From Lama glama (lineage: Eukaryota), in contig CM052816.1 in the NCBI GenBank assembly GCA_028534125.1, positions 101,184,001 through 101,248,000 on the forward strand: a DNA stretch of 64,000 nucleotides. Reading direction: 5' to 3'. A program made the translations under genes and the position numbers. Below are positions 48,995 to 63,425 of this stretch, in pieces. Numbering within the stretch: position 1 is the stretch's first letter; each line of letters begins with the position of its first letter. The notes under the pieces are model-generated. The model saw nothing but the letters and a program-made list of their open reading frames with translations. It was not told the origin of the DNA and did no database searches.

Positions 48995-49494
48995 NNNNNN
49001 NNNNNNNNNNNNNNNNNNNNNNNNNNNNNNNNNNNNNNNNNNNNNNNNNNNNNNNNNNNNNNNNNNNNNNNNNNNNNNNNNNNNNNNNNNNNNNNNNNNN
49101 NNNNNNNNNNNNNNNNNNNNNNNNNNNNNNNNNNNNNNNNNNNNNNNNNNNNNNNNNNNNNNNNNNNNNNNNNNNNNNNNNNNNNNNNNNNNNNNNNNNN
49201 NNNNNNNNNNNNNNNNNNNNNNNNNNNNNNNNNNNNNNNNNNNNNNNNNNNNNNNNNNNNNNNNNNNNNNNNNNNNNNNNNNNNNNNNNNNNNNNNNNNN
49301 NNNNNNNNNNNNNNNNNNNNNNNNNNNNNNNNNNNNNNNNNNNNNNNNNNNNNNNNNNNNNNNNNNNNNNNNNNNNNNNNNNNNNNNNNNNNNNNNNNNN
49401 NNNNNNNNNNNNNNNNNNNNNNNNNNNNNNNNNNNNNNNNNNNNNNNNNNNNNNNNNNNNNNNNNNNNNNNNNNNNNNNNNNNNNNNNNNNNNN
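48995..49494. other. Assembly gap (500 N) in SLC6A3 intron 4
   Basis: N run. Exon order and strand are consistent across it. Confidence 0.99.
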
Positions 49495-50370
49495 GATTTC
49501 TGGGTCAAATGATGGTTCTGTTTATTTTTTTGAGGAAACACCATACCCTTTTCCACGGGAGCGGCACCATTTTGTGTACATTCCCACCAGCGATGCATAA
49601 GGACTAGTTTGTCCACACCCTGGATCCTTGATTTCCGACGTTTTCCCAACAGTAGCCATCCTGTTGGGAATGGACTTGTGTCCCATCGCGGTTTCCACTT
49701 GCTTTCCTCTGGTGACTGGTGACGTTGCGCATCGCTGTGTGTTTACTGGCCGTCTGCGTGTCTCCTTCGGAGGAATGTTTATTCAGGCCCTTCGCCTGTT
49801 TCCAGACTGAGTGGTTTGGTTTCCTGTTGGTGTTGTTGCATTTTAGGGGCTCTTTACTTATTCTGGATACTAACCCTGATCAGATCGTGGCTGCAGGCGT
49901 TTTCTCCCGCTCTGCTGGCTGCCTTTCACTCTCCTAGTAGCGCCTTTGACACAGGAAAATTTTCAGTTTCGACGAAGTTAATTTATCTGTTTTTGGGCTT
50001 TGGGCTTCGTATCAAAAACCCATTGGCAAACCCAAAGGCGTGAAGACTCCCCCCAGTTCCTGCGGGAGGTTTATCGTTTGCGCCCTTGCATTTAGTCTCT
50101 CACCGGTTTTGAACCAGATTTGCATCTGGTGTGAGGGAGCCGCTGACTGGCTTTCTGCTGGTCGTGGGTCCCTTTTCCTTGCTGCTTCTTGTGTCTAGTG
50201 ATGTTTTTACTGCATGCTCAACTTGAGGACTTTCACGTTTGCGGGTGTGTAGATTCTCCTGTCTTTCTTTAAAGGACGTGAGATTTGTTCCGGCAGGAAG
50301 TTAGTCTGCTTGCTGTACAGGGTTATCCTTTCGAAGCTGGCTTTAAAGCCTGTTGACATGGTTCCAGGTG
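49495..50370 (-). mobile_element. Old L1 remnant (distal ORF2)
   Basis: ctgggtcaaatgatggttctg...tgaggaaacaccatacc...cattcccaccagcgatgc; tagccatcctgttgg. Confidence 0.8.
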
Positions 50371-52715
50371 GCCCTGGCTTTGGGGACAGTCTGTTCGCCT
50401 GCTGCAGTGTGGCCTTCCCAGGGCGGGGGTGCGCCAGCTCTGAGGGCACTTCTGCAGCCGCGCTGCCGACCCGCACAGCCTCCTGGGAGTCCGGGGTCCT
50501 GGGGAGGCCCTCTCTAGCGCCTCGGACTGCCCGGGCTCCAACCCTACTTCCTGCGCCCAGCAAGACCCCGCGCCGCGCTCAGCACCCCTGCCCGGCCATC
50601 GGGAGGGGCCCCCAGGCAGGGAGCTGGGCAGGAGGGCTCAGCCATGCGTCACCTCCAGGCCTGGGTCTGAAAACCCTCGTCTGGTTAGTCTCGCTTCATC
50701 GCTTTGTCCAGTTTTCTGGTCTTCGGTGATGTCACTCTCTCGTGGCCGGGGCAGAGGGCCCCCGCCCCCTCCCCACAGCAGCCATCTCCCTCCCGGCAGA
50801 GCACGGCATCTGGCGCTCCCCGCGCCAAAGTCCGCTTTGCTGTTCTCTGCCTCTGGGTGAGGCTGGGGCCTCACCCCTTGGTGCCGGGGCCCTCATCTGT
50901 GCATGGGTGGGGGGCTGCCATGCGGGTTCAGCGAGGCTGTGCCTCAGGTGCTCTCATGTCATCCAGATGCAGGATGGCACAACCACAAACTCACCTGGAA
51001 AAGGAGCCCAGCCGACAGTGGGAGTCTGTGCCTTTCCCGAGGCTGGCCATGGCCCGGGCCTCTCCGTCGGATGCCCCAGACCACTTACAGCTGCAGAAAT
51101 GCCTGTGTTTCAGCCCCAGACCAGCTGCCCCGTTGTCCCCCGCCGTCCCTCCAGGCCATGCTCCTGCTCTTGGGCAGTGTAGTCCCTGCCCCGCGGCTGT
51201 CCTTGCTGGCTGGGGGGGCTGCCCCGCATGGTGAAGGGGCACAGTGGCCCCTTCCCGGGCTGACAGCGACCTGGAGAGGCCTGGCCTCTGTCTGTGGGAC
51301 GTCACACAACTTCAAAGCAAGATGGATTTTTAGTCTTGGAGAAGAGCGTCGAACCAGTTGGATTTGAAATGTCTGAACGTGGAACCAGTGCCTGGCCCCC
51401 ACCCCGCCCCACCCTCACCAGGAGAGCTGTGCACTTTCTGTGGAGCCCCGCCCTGTCAGCCTGGGAGGCTACGGATGCCTGTGGGCCACAGTGCTCCTTT
51501 CGCAGGCCCATGGTAAAGGGCCGTCCGCCCCCAGGTGTGGGTGCATAACCTGGCAGGTGCATGTGTGAGGAGGCTGAGGTGCAGCTGGATTGCATGGAGA
51601 GGGTCCGTCTCTCACACAGCCGCCTTTTGACACTGTGGCTTCACCTGGCAGTGCCAGCCTGTTGCTGGAGAGAGTTCGGGGTGATAAGACCTGGCTGGGG
51701 TGGGTGGGACAAGAAGGGACGCTGGGCAGCAGGCGCAGCGCCAACGCTGAGCTAGGGGGAGGAGAGGAAGACGCTAGGAGTTCTACCGCCCCAGAAATCC
51801 GGAGGAGACGCCAGGGAGGGCGGCCCCGGGGAGGACAGGCTGGCACGGCAGGCTGAGCGGTGTCCCACAGTGGCCTCCTCCCGCCCCCACCCCGGAGTGC
51901 GCAGGTGTGCCTCCCAGACCTCTCTCCATGCCTGTCAAGGCCTCCCTTGCCTCCCCTGCTGCGAGGCTGTGATGCTCTGAAGACTCAAGTTCCTTCCACA
52001 TGCCACCGTGACGCCTGAAGCTGGCGGAAAGCTCTGGAAAGCTGGGTCTGCAGCATCCCGCCCTGGAGCCAGAACTACTTCCTAGGGATCCAGGCAAACT
52101 CGGTTGCTGCCAGCGACTCCTTTCACAGCCTGGCTCCTCCGCTCCCTAGGGCAGCAGGACAGCCATGGAGTCGCCTTCGACTGATTCAAAATTCCTGCCT
52201 GTGAAGGAGAGGCAGCAGGTGTGCTGGGGACGTGACGGTGCTGCCTCCTTCCCCGCAGATGGTCACCAGGACTTAACAGGGTCCTGTGTAGACAAGTGCC
52301 CGGATCCCTGCCTGGCACAGGCCATGCACCTCTGGCCATGAGTTCCGTCCCCTGCACAGCCTTCTGTTCTGCCCCTGTGACGGAGCCCCCACAAGGCGGG
52401 TCCCTAAGTGGGGCCGTCCTGAGTCTGTGGGATCCTCCCTGACGCAGCTGGAGCTGTGGGAGCAGGTGTCATCCGCTGCCACCCTTAGAGAACAGCCAGG
52501 CGCTGTGCGTCCTGCTTTATTGCTCTGAGTCCACTCGGCCTCCTCCCTGCCAGCAGTGGCTCTGGGCCATCCGGCAGGCAGCAGCGGCTCTGCCCCACCG
52601 AGCAGCGTCCCCTGGTTCTGCAGCTCCTTTCCTTCAAATACCCGGTGCCCTTCCCTCTTCCAGTTCCAAAAAGCAGGGGTGCTGAGGGCCAGAGGCCAAG
52701 GCTGGGCTTCTGTGA

Positions 52716-53270
<555 letters not shown>

Positions 53271-53835
53271 TGAGAAACAGTGTCAAGGGGAAATGCACCC
53301 ACAGCAGAGTGTTTTCAGCATGAAGATCAGCACAATATGAATTGGTTTTTGCCCATGAAAATATGTGGGCACCCAAAGCAACGCTGACCAAGCCGTGCCC
53401 ATCACTTGGGACAATACTCACAGTGCAATTTCAGCACACGAGCCTTCCAACGACAGGCGCCCTCCTCCTCACCACCCCCAGCCCAGAGGCCATGTTTCAC
53501 ATGTAATCCAGGCGCACATTCACAGTCAGTGCAAATTCACCCCCACCTCACTCACCAGAAATGCAGCCACTCCTACAGCAGCAGGGCGAATGCAGACTAG
53601 GAATGTTCCTTCCTTGCCAAGCTGTTTGTCCTGCTTTAAGCCCTGGGAAGGACGTGCGGGGCAGAGGGCATTTAGCAGTCTGGCTCCAGCCAGCATTTGC
53701 TGAGCTGGCGTCCTGTGGATGTTTGGGGTGTCGGGCTTCCCAGTTTGAGACCCCCCCTCAAACCATCAGGGTGACCCTGTGCCTGTTCCTGCCCACGGGT
53801 GGCCGGGGCACCCCAGGGATGCCTCCTCTCACCAG

Positions 53836-53970
53836 GTCGTGTGGATCACGGCCACCATGCCGTACGTGGTCCTCTTTGCTCTGCTCCTGCGAGGAATCAC
53901 TCTTCCTGGGGCCATGGACGGCATCAGGGCGTACCTGAGCGTGGACTTCCATCGGCTCTGCGAGGCCTCC
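53836..53970 (+). CDS. SLC6A3: SLC6A3 exon 6 (135 nt)
   Basis: [45 protein letters not shown]; cag acceptor and gtgagt donor. Confidence 0.98.
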
Positions 53971-55222
53971 GTGAGTATGCCCTCGGCTCGCCGCCCTGTG
54001 GTCCACAGGCACTGGCGTTCCGCAGCAGGAGACCCCAATGGCAGCCGCTGGGCAGGAACTTCTCACTCGCCCTGCAGTGCGCCCGGCTCTGTGGGAAGAC
54101 CTGGCCCGCCAGGCAGAGCTCACCGTCCAGTTGAGACGGGGACGGTGGGCACAGGAGGGGCTGAATGGACCAGATAAGGAAGTTTGGGGGACGCCACCTT
54201 GGTCTCTGCAGGAAGAAAGCGGAAGGCTGCTGCCACTCGACCTCCTCCCCTCGGCCCATCCCACTTCCTGGAGGAAGGCTCCGGTTCCTCGTTCCTCGGA
54301 TCAGCACCTGTGGGGCTGCCAGTCTGTGCTGGGGGGCTGGGGCTGGGGGCTGCTCACCTGGCTCACAGCCCTGAGCTCTGGCTCCTTGGGGGTGTTCCGA
54401 GCTAGACTGGGACGAGGTGACGTTGTGTGAACCAGGGAGTGATCTAATCACATCCCATCCAAAACTGAGTCCCCAGTCAGGCTGCAAATTTCTCCAGCAA
54501 AGAAAGAAAGAAATCTGGCCTGAAATACTTGGAGACAACCTCATGCAGAGACAAGGCTCGACTGGGCAACTGGAGGAGACGACGGGAGCGGGAGAGGGAG
54601 AGGCAGCAGCATTGCAGGGAAACCAGGCCCAGAAGTGGGAGTGGCCACTGGCAGGAGGCGGGAATTGTAGGAAATTCGAGTGGACTAGTCCTGGCAAACG
54701 GTGGCAGCCGCCTGTCAGCCACTCCAGGAGAAGCAAGCGGGGGAGGGGAGTGGGAGCCAGCGGTGCTGCTGGGTGGTGCTGGGTGGTGCTGGGTGGGGAG
54801 TGGGGCTCATGGTGGGTGGAGGGGGCGGGGGAGGGCGCCGTGGCTCCGTCCCCAGGAACCTGGGAAGGGAGGAGCTGGCCACTGCGTGCTGCTCCTCCTG
54901 TGTGCTTCTGGCACCGCGGTTTGGGGAGAAAGCAGGCGTGAGTGGGTGTCTCTATCGAGGCACCAGCATCACACAGCATTTTAACAGATCAGTGCTGTCA
55001 CGAGGGTCACGGGTCATCATGCCAGCAACAGGAAATTGCAGGTTCAGTGCCCCTTTCTTCAGGTTCCTTCACACTGGCGACCCGGGAAGGGCTTGTTCCC
55101 TGAGACTGTGTTTGCCCAGACCACTTGGCTGACGCCATCTGTCCTTGACCATGACCTTGAGTTTCAGTCTGACTCTGTCCGCCGTGACCTCTGACCGCCC
55201 TGTCTCCCTCGGGTTCCTGCAG

Positions 55223-55326
55223 GTTTGGATCGATGCTGCCATCCAGATATGCTTCTCACTGGGAGTTGGGCTTGGGGTCCTGATCGCCTTCTCCAGTTAC
55301 AATAAGTTCACCAACAACTGCTACAG
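55223..55326 (+). CDS. SLC6A3: SLC6A3 exon 7 (104 nt): TM6
   Basis: [34 protein letters not shown](R); cag acceptor and gtgagt donor. Confidence 0.98.
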
Positions 55327-56334
55327 GTGAGTCCTGAGGTGCCGGAGGAGGGTCTGCAAAGTCAGGCGGGGGCATCGCTGATGTGGGGGCATGTCACTGA
55401 CTTTTGGAAATGTTGTGTCCCTGGATGAAGGGAGAAGGGAATAATTTGTGCTTGCAAACCTCTAAGCCAAAAGGGCTGTTTAAATGGAAATGAAACAGGG
55501 AAGCTACAGGCACAGTGTTTCCTGCTTCAAGGGAGGTTTTGAAGCAGGGAAGGTGTTGGCGCCTTCCTGGGAGGAAGTCTCATGGATCCCCCCACCCCCA
55601 GGCCCCTCCCTCTGCCTCCCTCCTCCATCCCCTGCCCGGCCCCAGCTCGTCCTCCCAGTTCTCAGGGTCCACTCCTCTCCAGACGTCGCCCCCATGAGGA
55701 AGGGCCTGCATCGAGGGAGCCTGGGCCCTGGGGGACATCCCAGACCCTGTGCAGCGGCACCCCGGTGCCCCAGCACCAGGCAGGCAGGACAGCAGCAGCA
55801 CCGAGCGCCCACACCCCCGACAGCGTCTCCGCTGGTGCCACAAGGCCCAGGATGTCCTCAGTGACCCGCAGCCACCTGCTGGACCTGAAATCCTTCTGAA
55901 AGCAGAACAAGAATTCCGTCTGGGGCCGCTTTCTTTGAACTTTCCGAGCCTCTTTATTTTCTTTCACATCATGAGGATAAAAATTCAGTAAAATACAAGG
56001 GTGCCCTCCTTTGTACGTCCTTGCAGCCAGCACCCGGAGGGCTGACCCCACACCCGCCCCCTCCCTTGGTCTGGCCCTCTGAATCCCCAGCCCTTGGAGG
56101 GGGGTCCCCAGGCCAGCAGCATCAGACCCTGGGAGCATGTGGGAAATGCAGCATCTGGGGCTCCCCAGACCCACCCCGTCAGAGCCTGCATTTTAACTAG
56201 GTCCCCAGAAGTCACCTAGAAGCCCTGCCTGGCAGCCTCCGTGGAACAGGGGTGGGGCCTCCCCCGCCAGTCGGCTGCTCTGCCCACCCAGAGCCCCAGC
56301 GTTGCTGGTGGGACAGTATCGCCTTCAGCACTGA

Positions 56335-57342
<1,008 letters not shown>

Positions 57343-59272
57343 TGAAGTCAACGGAGGGGGCGCAGGCGGGCGGAGGGCGTGGGTGCAGGTGAGGCAGGGA
57401 GCAGGCCTGGTCCCAGGGAGACAGAGCTCGGGGCCCGGCACAGATGCGGTGCCGAGAGGCTCTGAGTGCTGGGGCCCCCCAGGCACTGGGGGAAGGTCTG
57501 CTGGTTCTAGAACCTGTGTGGAGAGTCACGGCTTGGGCAGCCTGAAGATGGGTCAGTCCAGGACTCCAGGGCCTCCGGGATCCCTGAGACCAGCCCCAGA
57601 TTAGGGCTGGGCCCTTGCTTCCCCTGGGAGGCCCCTCTTCTCTGGGGGCCGGGGAGCTGCTGACTCCTGGGTCTTCTTGCTCTTGGGTGGGAGGGTGGCA
57701 TTCAGGGAGGGGTCGGCCCCACTGAGCCCTGAGCTCTCGGCCCTTCGGCCCATCATCCCACCCGCTTCTCGAGTTGCTGAGTGTTGGGAAACAGAGCTTT
57801 GGAGACAGGGAGGATGGACAGACGGGCCCCTCTGAAACTACGGCAAGAAAGTTGGGGGCTGGGATGAAGTCTCAGTATGTTTCCAGGTCCACACGCTTTC
57901 CTCTAGGAAAAAATTTCAATTAAGAGAGGGGAGAGGGAGCATAACGCAAACAAACGCAGAGCAGAGAAATGCGCTGCCTTCGCATTTGTGCATTTTCACC
58001 CTCTTTTGCCCTTTATTATGGTAAATAGCCGTAGCTGGCAAGAACCTCCGTTAATCCCTGAGAGTAAGCTGAATGTCTTGGGTGCGTTTCCTTGACAAGC
58101 GAAGTAAGTGTCATTTATAGCCCTAATTCTCAGGGAACCGGTAAAATGTTACCTCGGGAACAGAAACGAAAGGCGAGGATGTTGCTACGTTCTACCGAGC
58201 TAGCGGGTGTCTTCCTGGCTTCCTGGTTCATGGCGTTCAGACTTCAGAGTGCTTCAAGCCAGCCACCCACTAGTCCCGTGTTGGAAGCCCTGCCCCTTCC
58301 GTGGGGCGTGCCTGGCCTGACACCAGGGCCTTGGGAGGTGGACCCTGGCTCTGGCCTTTGATTCTCGGGAAGGATCAGGAAGTGCCCCGTTGCTATGGGC
58401 TGGTGCCAGACACAGGCCCCCCCAAGGCTGGGAGAACCGGGAAAGCTGTGCCCTACACCTCTGTTAGCTCAGGAGGCCGTGCCAGTGAGCTACGTGTGCA
58501 CGTCTTTGAAAATTAACCAGGAAAGTGGCCAGCTAGCACTCTCCCGTGGGAATATTTTTGACTTTGGGATCGACGGCAGCCAAACTGCCTCGAGTCTGGG
58601 TTGAGTCCTGCACTGCTCCCGTCCCCCACCTCCGCCCAGACCCACTTGCTGGGGCTAAGGGAGCCAGTGTGGCCCCGACGTGTGCCCTGACCCAGCACTC
58701 CCACAACCAGAGCGTCTCTGAGGCACCGTCGAGGGGGCTCGTGTGTGAGCAGAGATACACGCTCTGCAGGCAGCAGCCCGTGGGAAGCACTCACTAATTG
58801 CGGCAGCTCTGCGTTCATCACAGGGTTTCTAAAGATCACGTTAGAGTCAGACGTTGGTGCGGAAAGATATGGTGGCGGCTGCGTGACTGACAGCAAGCCC
58901 GCGTGTGAGCATGTGCACGTGCATCCACGACGAGCATGGGGAGAACCAGCCAGCAGGCGCCCCCGGGGTTTTCAGGGGTGAAGGGCAGGCCCCCCGGAGG
59001 CCCCCTGCCCTCCTCCTCTCCCTGCGCCACCACAGACCCGCATGGATGGGAGAGGCTTGGTGAAACAGTGGAGGCTGAACAAGGCCCTCCCTCCAGATGA
59101 CCCCGTTTCCAGGGTCCTGACCCTGAGCCCACGGAGAGAGGGCTTTCCAGGGAGAGCAGGAGAGAAGGCGTTGGGAGGGGCTCCACGGTCCTGTTGCTGG
59201 GGCGCTGGGCGGCCTCGCTGGTGGGGGCTGACCTGCAGCCACAGCGCGGGGCGACCGGGGGTCTGCTTCCAG

Positions 59273-59385
59273 GGCCGGGGCTGATCTTCATCATCTACCC
59301 CGAGGCGCTGGCCACGCTCCCGCTGTCCTCCGTCTGGGCCGTGGTTTTCTTCATCATGCTGCTCACCTTGGGAATCGACAGTGCT
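59273..59385 (+). CDS. SLC6A3: SLC6A3 exon 9 (113 nt)
   Basis: (G)[37 protein letters not shown]; cag acceptor and gtgagt donor. Confidence 0.98.
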
Positions 59386-60430
59386 GTGAGTGACCTCAGT
59401 GCTCCACGTGCCCTGGGGCCCCACCGGTGGCAGCGGCTCACCTCTGCCTCGCAGACCAGACCGGCCCCAGGCTCTCCCTGAGGGTCCCCCAAGTTCCTGT
59501 GCCCACACAGCCCCTGCATGGGAGGACGGAGGGGTCCCACAATTACGTGACCAGCTCACCCCTTCTTCTTTCCCTCGGGGGTGCCAGCCGCCCTCTCCCT
59601 GAGCCCTCTGAGGGTCCTAAACACACACACAACAGGGCAGGTCGGGCCAGCAGGCAGTGTAGGAAGATGAGGAAGTAGGGTGGGGAGACCACGCAGAGCC
59701 CAGGCAGGCCCAGGAACTCGTGTTCCCTGCCCCTTTGCCACCAGGAGGAAGGGGTGCACATTCGGGGTGAGGGCGGGGGCAAAGCCCAGTCCAGTGAACA
59801 TCCTGTGGTGGCCCTGAGTGTGCGTGGGCACTCAGGAGGCGGGCGGACGGGTCGGCTCTGGCCTCTGGACTTTCTCACGCTCCTCCTACTGGAGACCAAC
59901 AGCTGAGAACTCGGGGTCCCCTGTTCACCCGAGCTTCCTGGGAAGTGCAGAGGACCACAAACCCTCCCCTTGTGAATGCTGGGTATACAGCTCCGCCTTC
60001 CGCCTCCATCTCCCAGCCAGCCTGGCCGCCCGCCCACTGGGCGGGCACGGCCTTTGAGCTGCACGTCTGGGGAGACAAATCCCATGAGCAGTTCTTCCTG
60101 GAGGAGGCGGTTCGACAGAGCAGGGCAGAGTCTCCCCTGCGGGCCAGGCCTCGTGGGGGACACCCCGTCACGACAGTCCCGAGAGTCAGGAAGGCTCTGC
60201 CAGTGAGGACATAGCCAGTGGCTCGGCCAGGTCCTCCCTGGGAGCAAAACTAAGCTGTTTGTGGGTCAGAGGTTTGCTTAGAGAAGCCCAGCAGAGCTGA
60301 GCCTTTGTGGCGATGCAGTGGGTGGCATTACGTCAGCCAGGTAGCACTCCACCCCCAGGGCCTCCAGAGTGGCTGTGCAAATCACCACCAGGGGACAGAG
60401 AGTCCACCCCAGGTCCTCTCTCTCCAGTAG

Positions 60431-60748
<318 letters not shown>

Positions 60749-60904
60749 TGATGTCTGTTAGCACTCGGGGCCGGGCAGCGACCAGAGCGTTCCCGAGGGC
60801 TGCATCCCCCGAGCAACCCATGACTCGTGGTGACTCACGGGCTGCGGTCACAGGCGGGGCCGCCTTGGGCACTGGCAGGTGGAGGTCGCCGAAGCCCCAG
60901 TTAC

Positions 60905-60924
60905 TTCAGCACCTGGACAGCTCC
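60905..60924 (+). promoter_or_regulatory. RE1/NRSE-like site with a 1-nt spacer
   Basis: TTCAGCACC-T-GGACAGCTCC versus consensus TTCAGCACC-NN-GGACAGCGCC. Confidence 0.35.
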
Positions 60925-61299
60925 CGGGAAGCGCCCTTGGCTGAGCTCCGGCTGGTTCGGCTTGTGGGGCTGGCGGGGGAGGGAGGCTTGTCTGGGGGTG
61001 CAGGGCCCGGGTGCCCCCCCACGGGGGCTCTGCTCTCTGGCATTTGCTTGCTTTCACTGCTAATTCTGCCCGGAGCACTGGGAAAGGGGAGGAGGGGGTT
61101 TTTACTTTTTGTGAAGGCAGGTCCCTGAGAAGCTGCTTGCGAATGAATCTTAGTGACTTGAATGACACTTCGTAGGGACTAAAGCAGAAGATATCTGTCA
61201 ACAGAAACTGCAGGCCAGGTTTATATCTGGGGAGAGTGCTTTAGTGGGCGAGGCGGGGGTGGAGGCACCCCCGTCGGCAGGCGCTCCCCTCCCTCCCAG

Positions 61300-61399
61300 G
61301 GCGGCATCTACGTCTTCACGCTGCTGGACCACTTCGCGGCTGGCACGTCCATCCTCTTCGGGGTGCTCGTCGAGGTCATCGGGGTGGCCTGGTTCTACG
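61300..61399 (+). CDS. SLC6A3: SLC6A3 exon 11 (100 nt)
   Basis: [33 protein letters not shown](G); cag acceptor and gtaagg donor. Confidence 0.98.
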
Positions 61400-61504
61400 G
61401 TAAGGACAGACGGAGCCTCCCTGGGGGCCGGTGTGCTCCAACCGCTAAGACCCAGCTGCTGCCCCGGCAGTGCGACTGCTGGCGGGCGTCCTTGGGCTTT
61501 GGGA

Positions 61505-61680
61505 GGCTGGTGTTTCATGGGAACAGTTTCAGTTTGGGAAGATGAGAGCGTTCTGGAGATGATGGTGGTGATGGATGCACAACCATGTGAGCGTGCTCTA
61601 TGCCACAAACTGTGCACTAAAGTGGTCAACTCTATGTTATATATGTATTTAGCACGACTTTTGTAAGTGAAAAAAATGAT
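61505..61680 (+). mobile_element. L1M 3'-end fragment
   Basis: agtttcagtttgggaagatgagagcgttctggagatgatggtggtgatggatgcacaac is a typical L1MB/MC 3' end. Confidence 0.8.
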
Positions 61681-61984
61681 TGCAGAGGGGAGGCAGGGAC
61701 GGCAGTGGGGCAAGGGGCATATCACCTGAGGCGGGAGGAGGGCGGGGACCAGCAGGGAGCATTGCCGGGGCCCCACAGGTCTCCCTTAGGGGGTGCCGGT
61801 GATCCCAGTGTCACCAGGGGGACAAACATGGGGACTCCTGGTCAGCAAGACCCCTGGGGGGCCTGAGTGGGGCGGCCTGGGCACCTGAGGTCACGGGGAC
61901 TGGCCCGGGGGTTAGCGAGGACGGCAGCGCCCGCGTCCCAGGAATGCGCTGCGCTGACCGCCCTGCTCGGCTGCCTCCCCGCAG

Positions 61985-62085
61985 GCGTGTGGCAGTTCGG
62001 CGAGGACATCAGACAGATGACCGGGCAGCGGCCCAGCCTGTACTGGCGGCTGTGCTGGAAGTTCATCAGTCCCTGCTTCCTCTTG
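61985..62085 (+). CDS. SLC6A3: SLC6A3 exon 12 (101 nt)
   Basis: (G)[33 protein letters not shown]; cag acceptor and gtgagg donor. Confidence 0.97.
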
Positions 62086-63257
62086 GTGAGGGCCCGCTCT
62101 GCCCAGTCCTCAGGCCACCCCAGAGCCAGCAGTGGCCACACCCAGGCTTGTCCTTGAGCGAAGCATAGCCTGAGGCTGGGGTGGGGCTCAGCGCTGCCTG
62201 GGGACCCGGGTCTCTGGACAGCAGTCGGCAGGTCACAGGACGCTGCAGGAGGGCAGGCTGGCCGCTAGAATCCTCTGGTCTCCTGTAGGTGTGGCTCCCT
62301 GCTGGACCCACTGAGAAACTTCACATGGGGTGCAGGGGGGTCTCCTACCCGATTAAAGCCGTGTGCATCCTGCTTGGAGGGAAGGCCAGAGATGAGCAAG
62401 GCCGTCAGCTGACCTTTGCCTGAAGGACCACGATGGAATTCAGAGCTCGGGGGCGACAGGCACTCAGACCTCGAGGACAGTAGCCACTTGGACTGTCACA
62501 GCGCAGCCCGGGGGGCCTCCCCAGGCACAGGCACCAGCGCGTCCAGCACCTGCCTGGTTTCTGCCATCTGGGCAGGGGGTTTGCAAGCTCAGGCCCACGG
62601 CCAAGTCCACTGCTCACTTGTCACACTGGAGCATGGCTGTGCAGGGTCATTTACGACTGTCCGGGTGGTTGTGACCCAGCCCGGATGGCTCACGAAGCCT
62701 GAACCATCTGCCCTGCCTGGTGGCCACAAACAGCTATTCAGGGGCTGTCCAGGTCTGAGAACAGCGCGTGGGCAGACGAGCACCTCCATGACCCTCCTCC
62801 CGCCCAGCCAGCCCAGCAGTGCTCAGGGTGTGCGTGGACTGGGCAGGCAGCTCGGGCAGCCCCCACCATGGCCAGTGGGGGTGCAGGTCCTGGCCAAGCG
62901 GCATTACCCCCGAGCTTCAGGACCTGCTCGTCACCCTGCCCACCTGGGAGCCTGGGCTCTGTTTCTCACCCGCTCATCCCAAGGGGTCACTCCAGGCCAG
63001 CGAGCGGTCCTGCTTTTCCTGGGGCGGCAATGTGGGAGGCTTGCAAAGGACAGTGGGAGAATGCCTGCCCCTAAGACCTAAGAGCTGGAGGTTCCGTGCG
63101 CCCCCCGGCCCGGTCCTGCCATAGCCTCCCGCTGCCCAGGTCCGTGTCTGCAGGGCCTGGGCGTGCAGGGGCACCCTCCACCAGAGAGGCCCACTCCTCC
63201 CCACCTCTCCCTGGCCCCAGCCCGGAGTTGCCCCTGACCCCTGTCCCTTGGTTTCAG

Positions 63258-63425
63258 TTCGTGGTTGTGGTCAGCATCGCCACCTACAGGCCCCCACACT
63301 ACGGCGCCTACGTCTTCCCCGAGTGGGCCAACGTGCTGGGCTGGGCCATCGCCGCGTCCTCCATGTGTATGGTCCCCGTCTACGCGGCCTACAAGCTCTG
63401 CAGCCTTCCCGGGTCCTTGCGGGAG
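63258..63425 (+). CDS. SLC6A3: SLC6A3 exon 13 (168 nt); gene continues past the window
   Basis: [56 protein letters not shown]; cag acceptor and gtgcgt donor. Confidence 0.97.
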
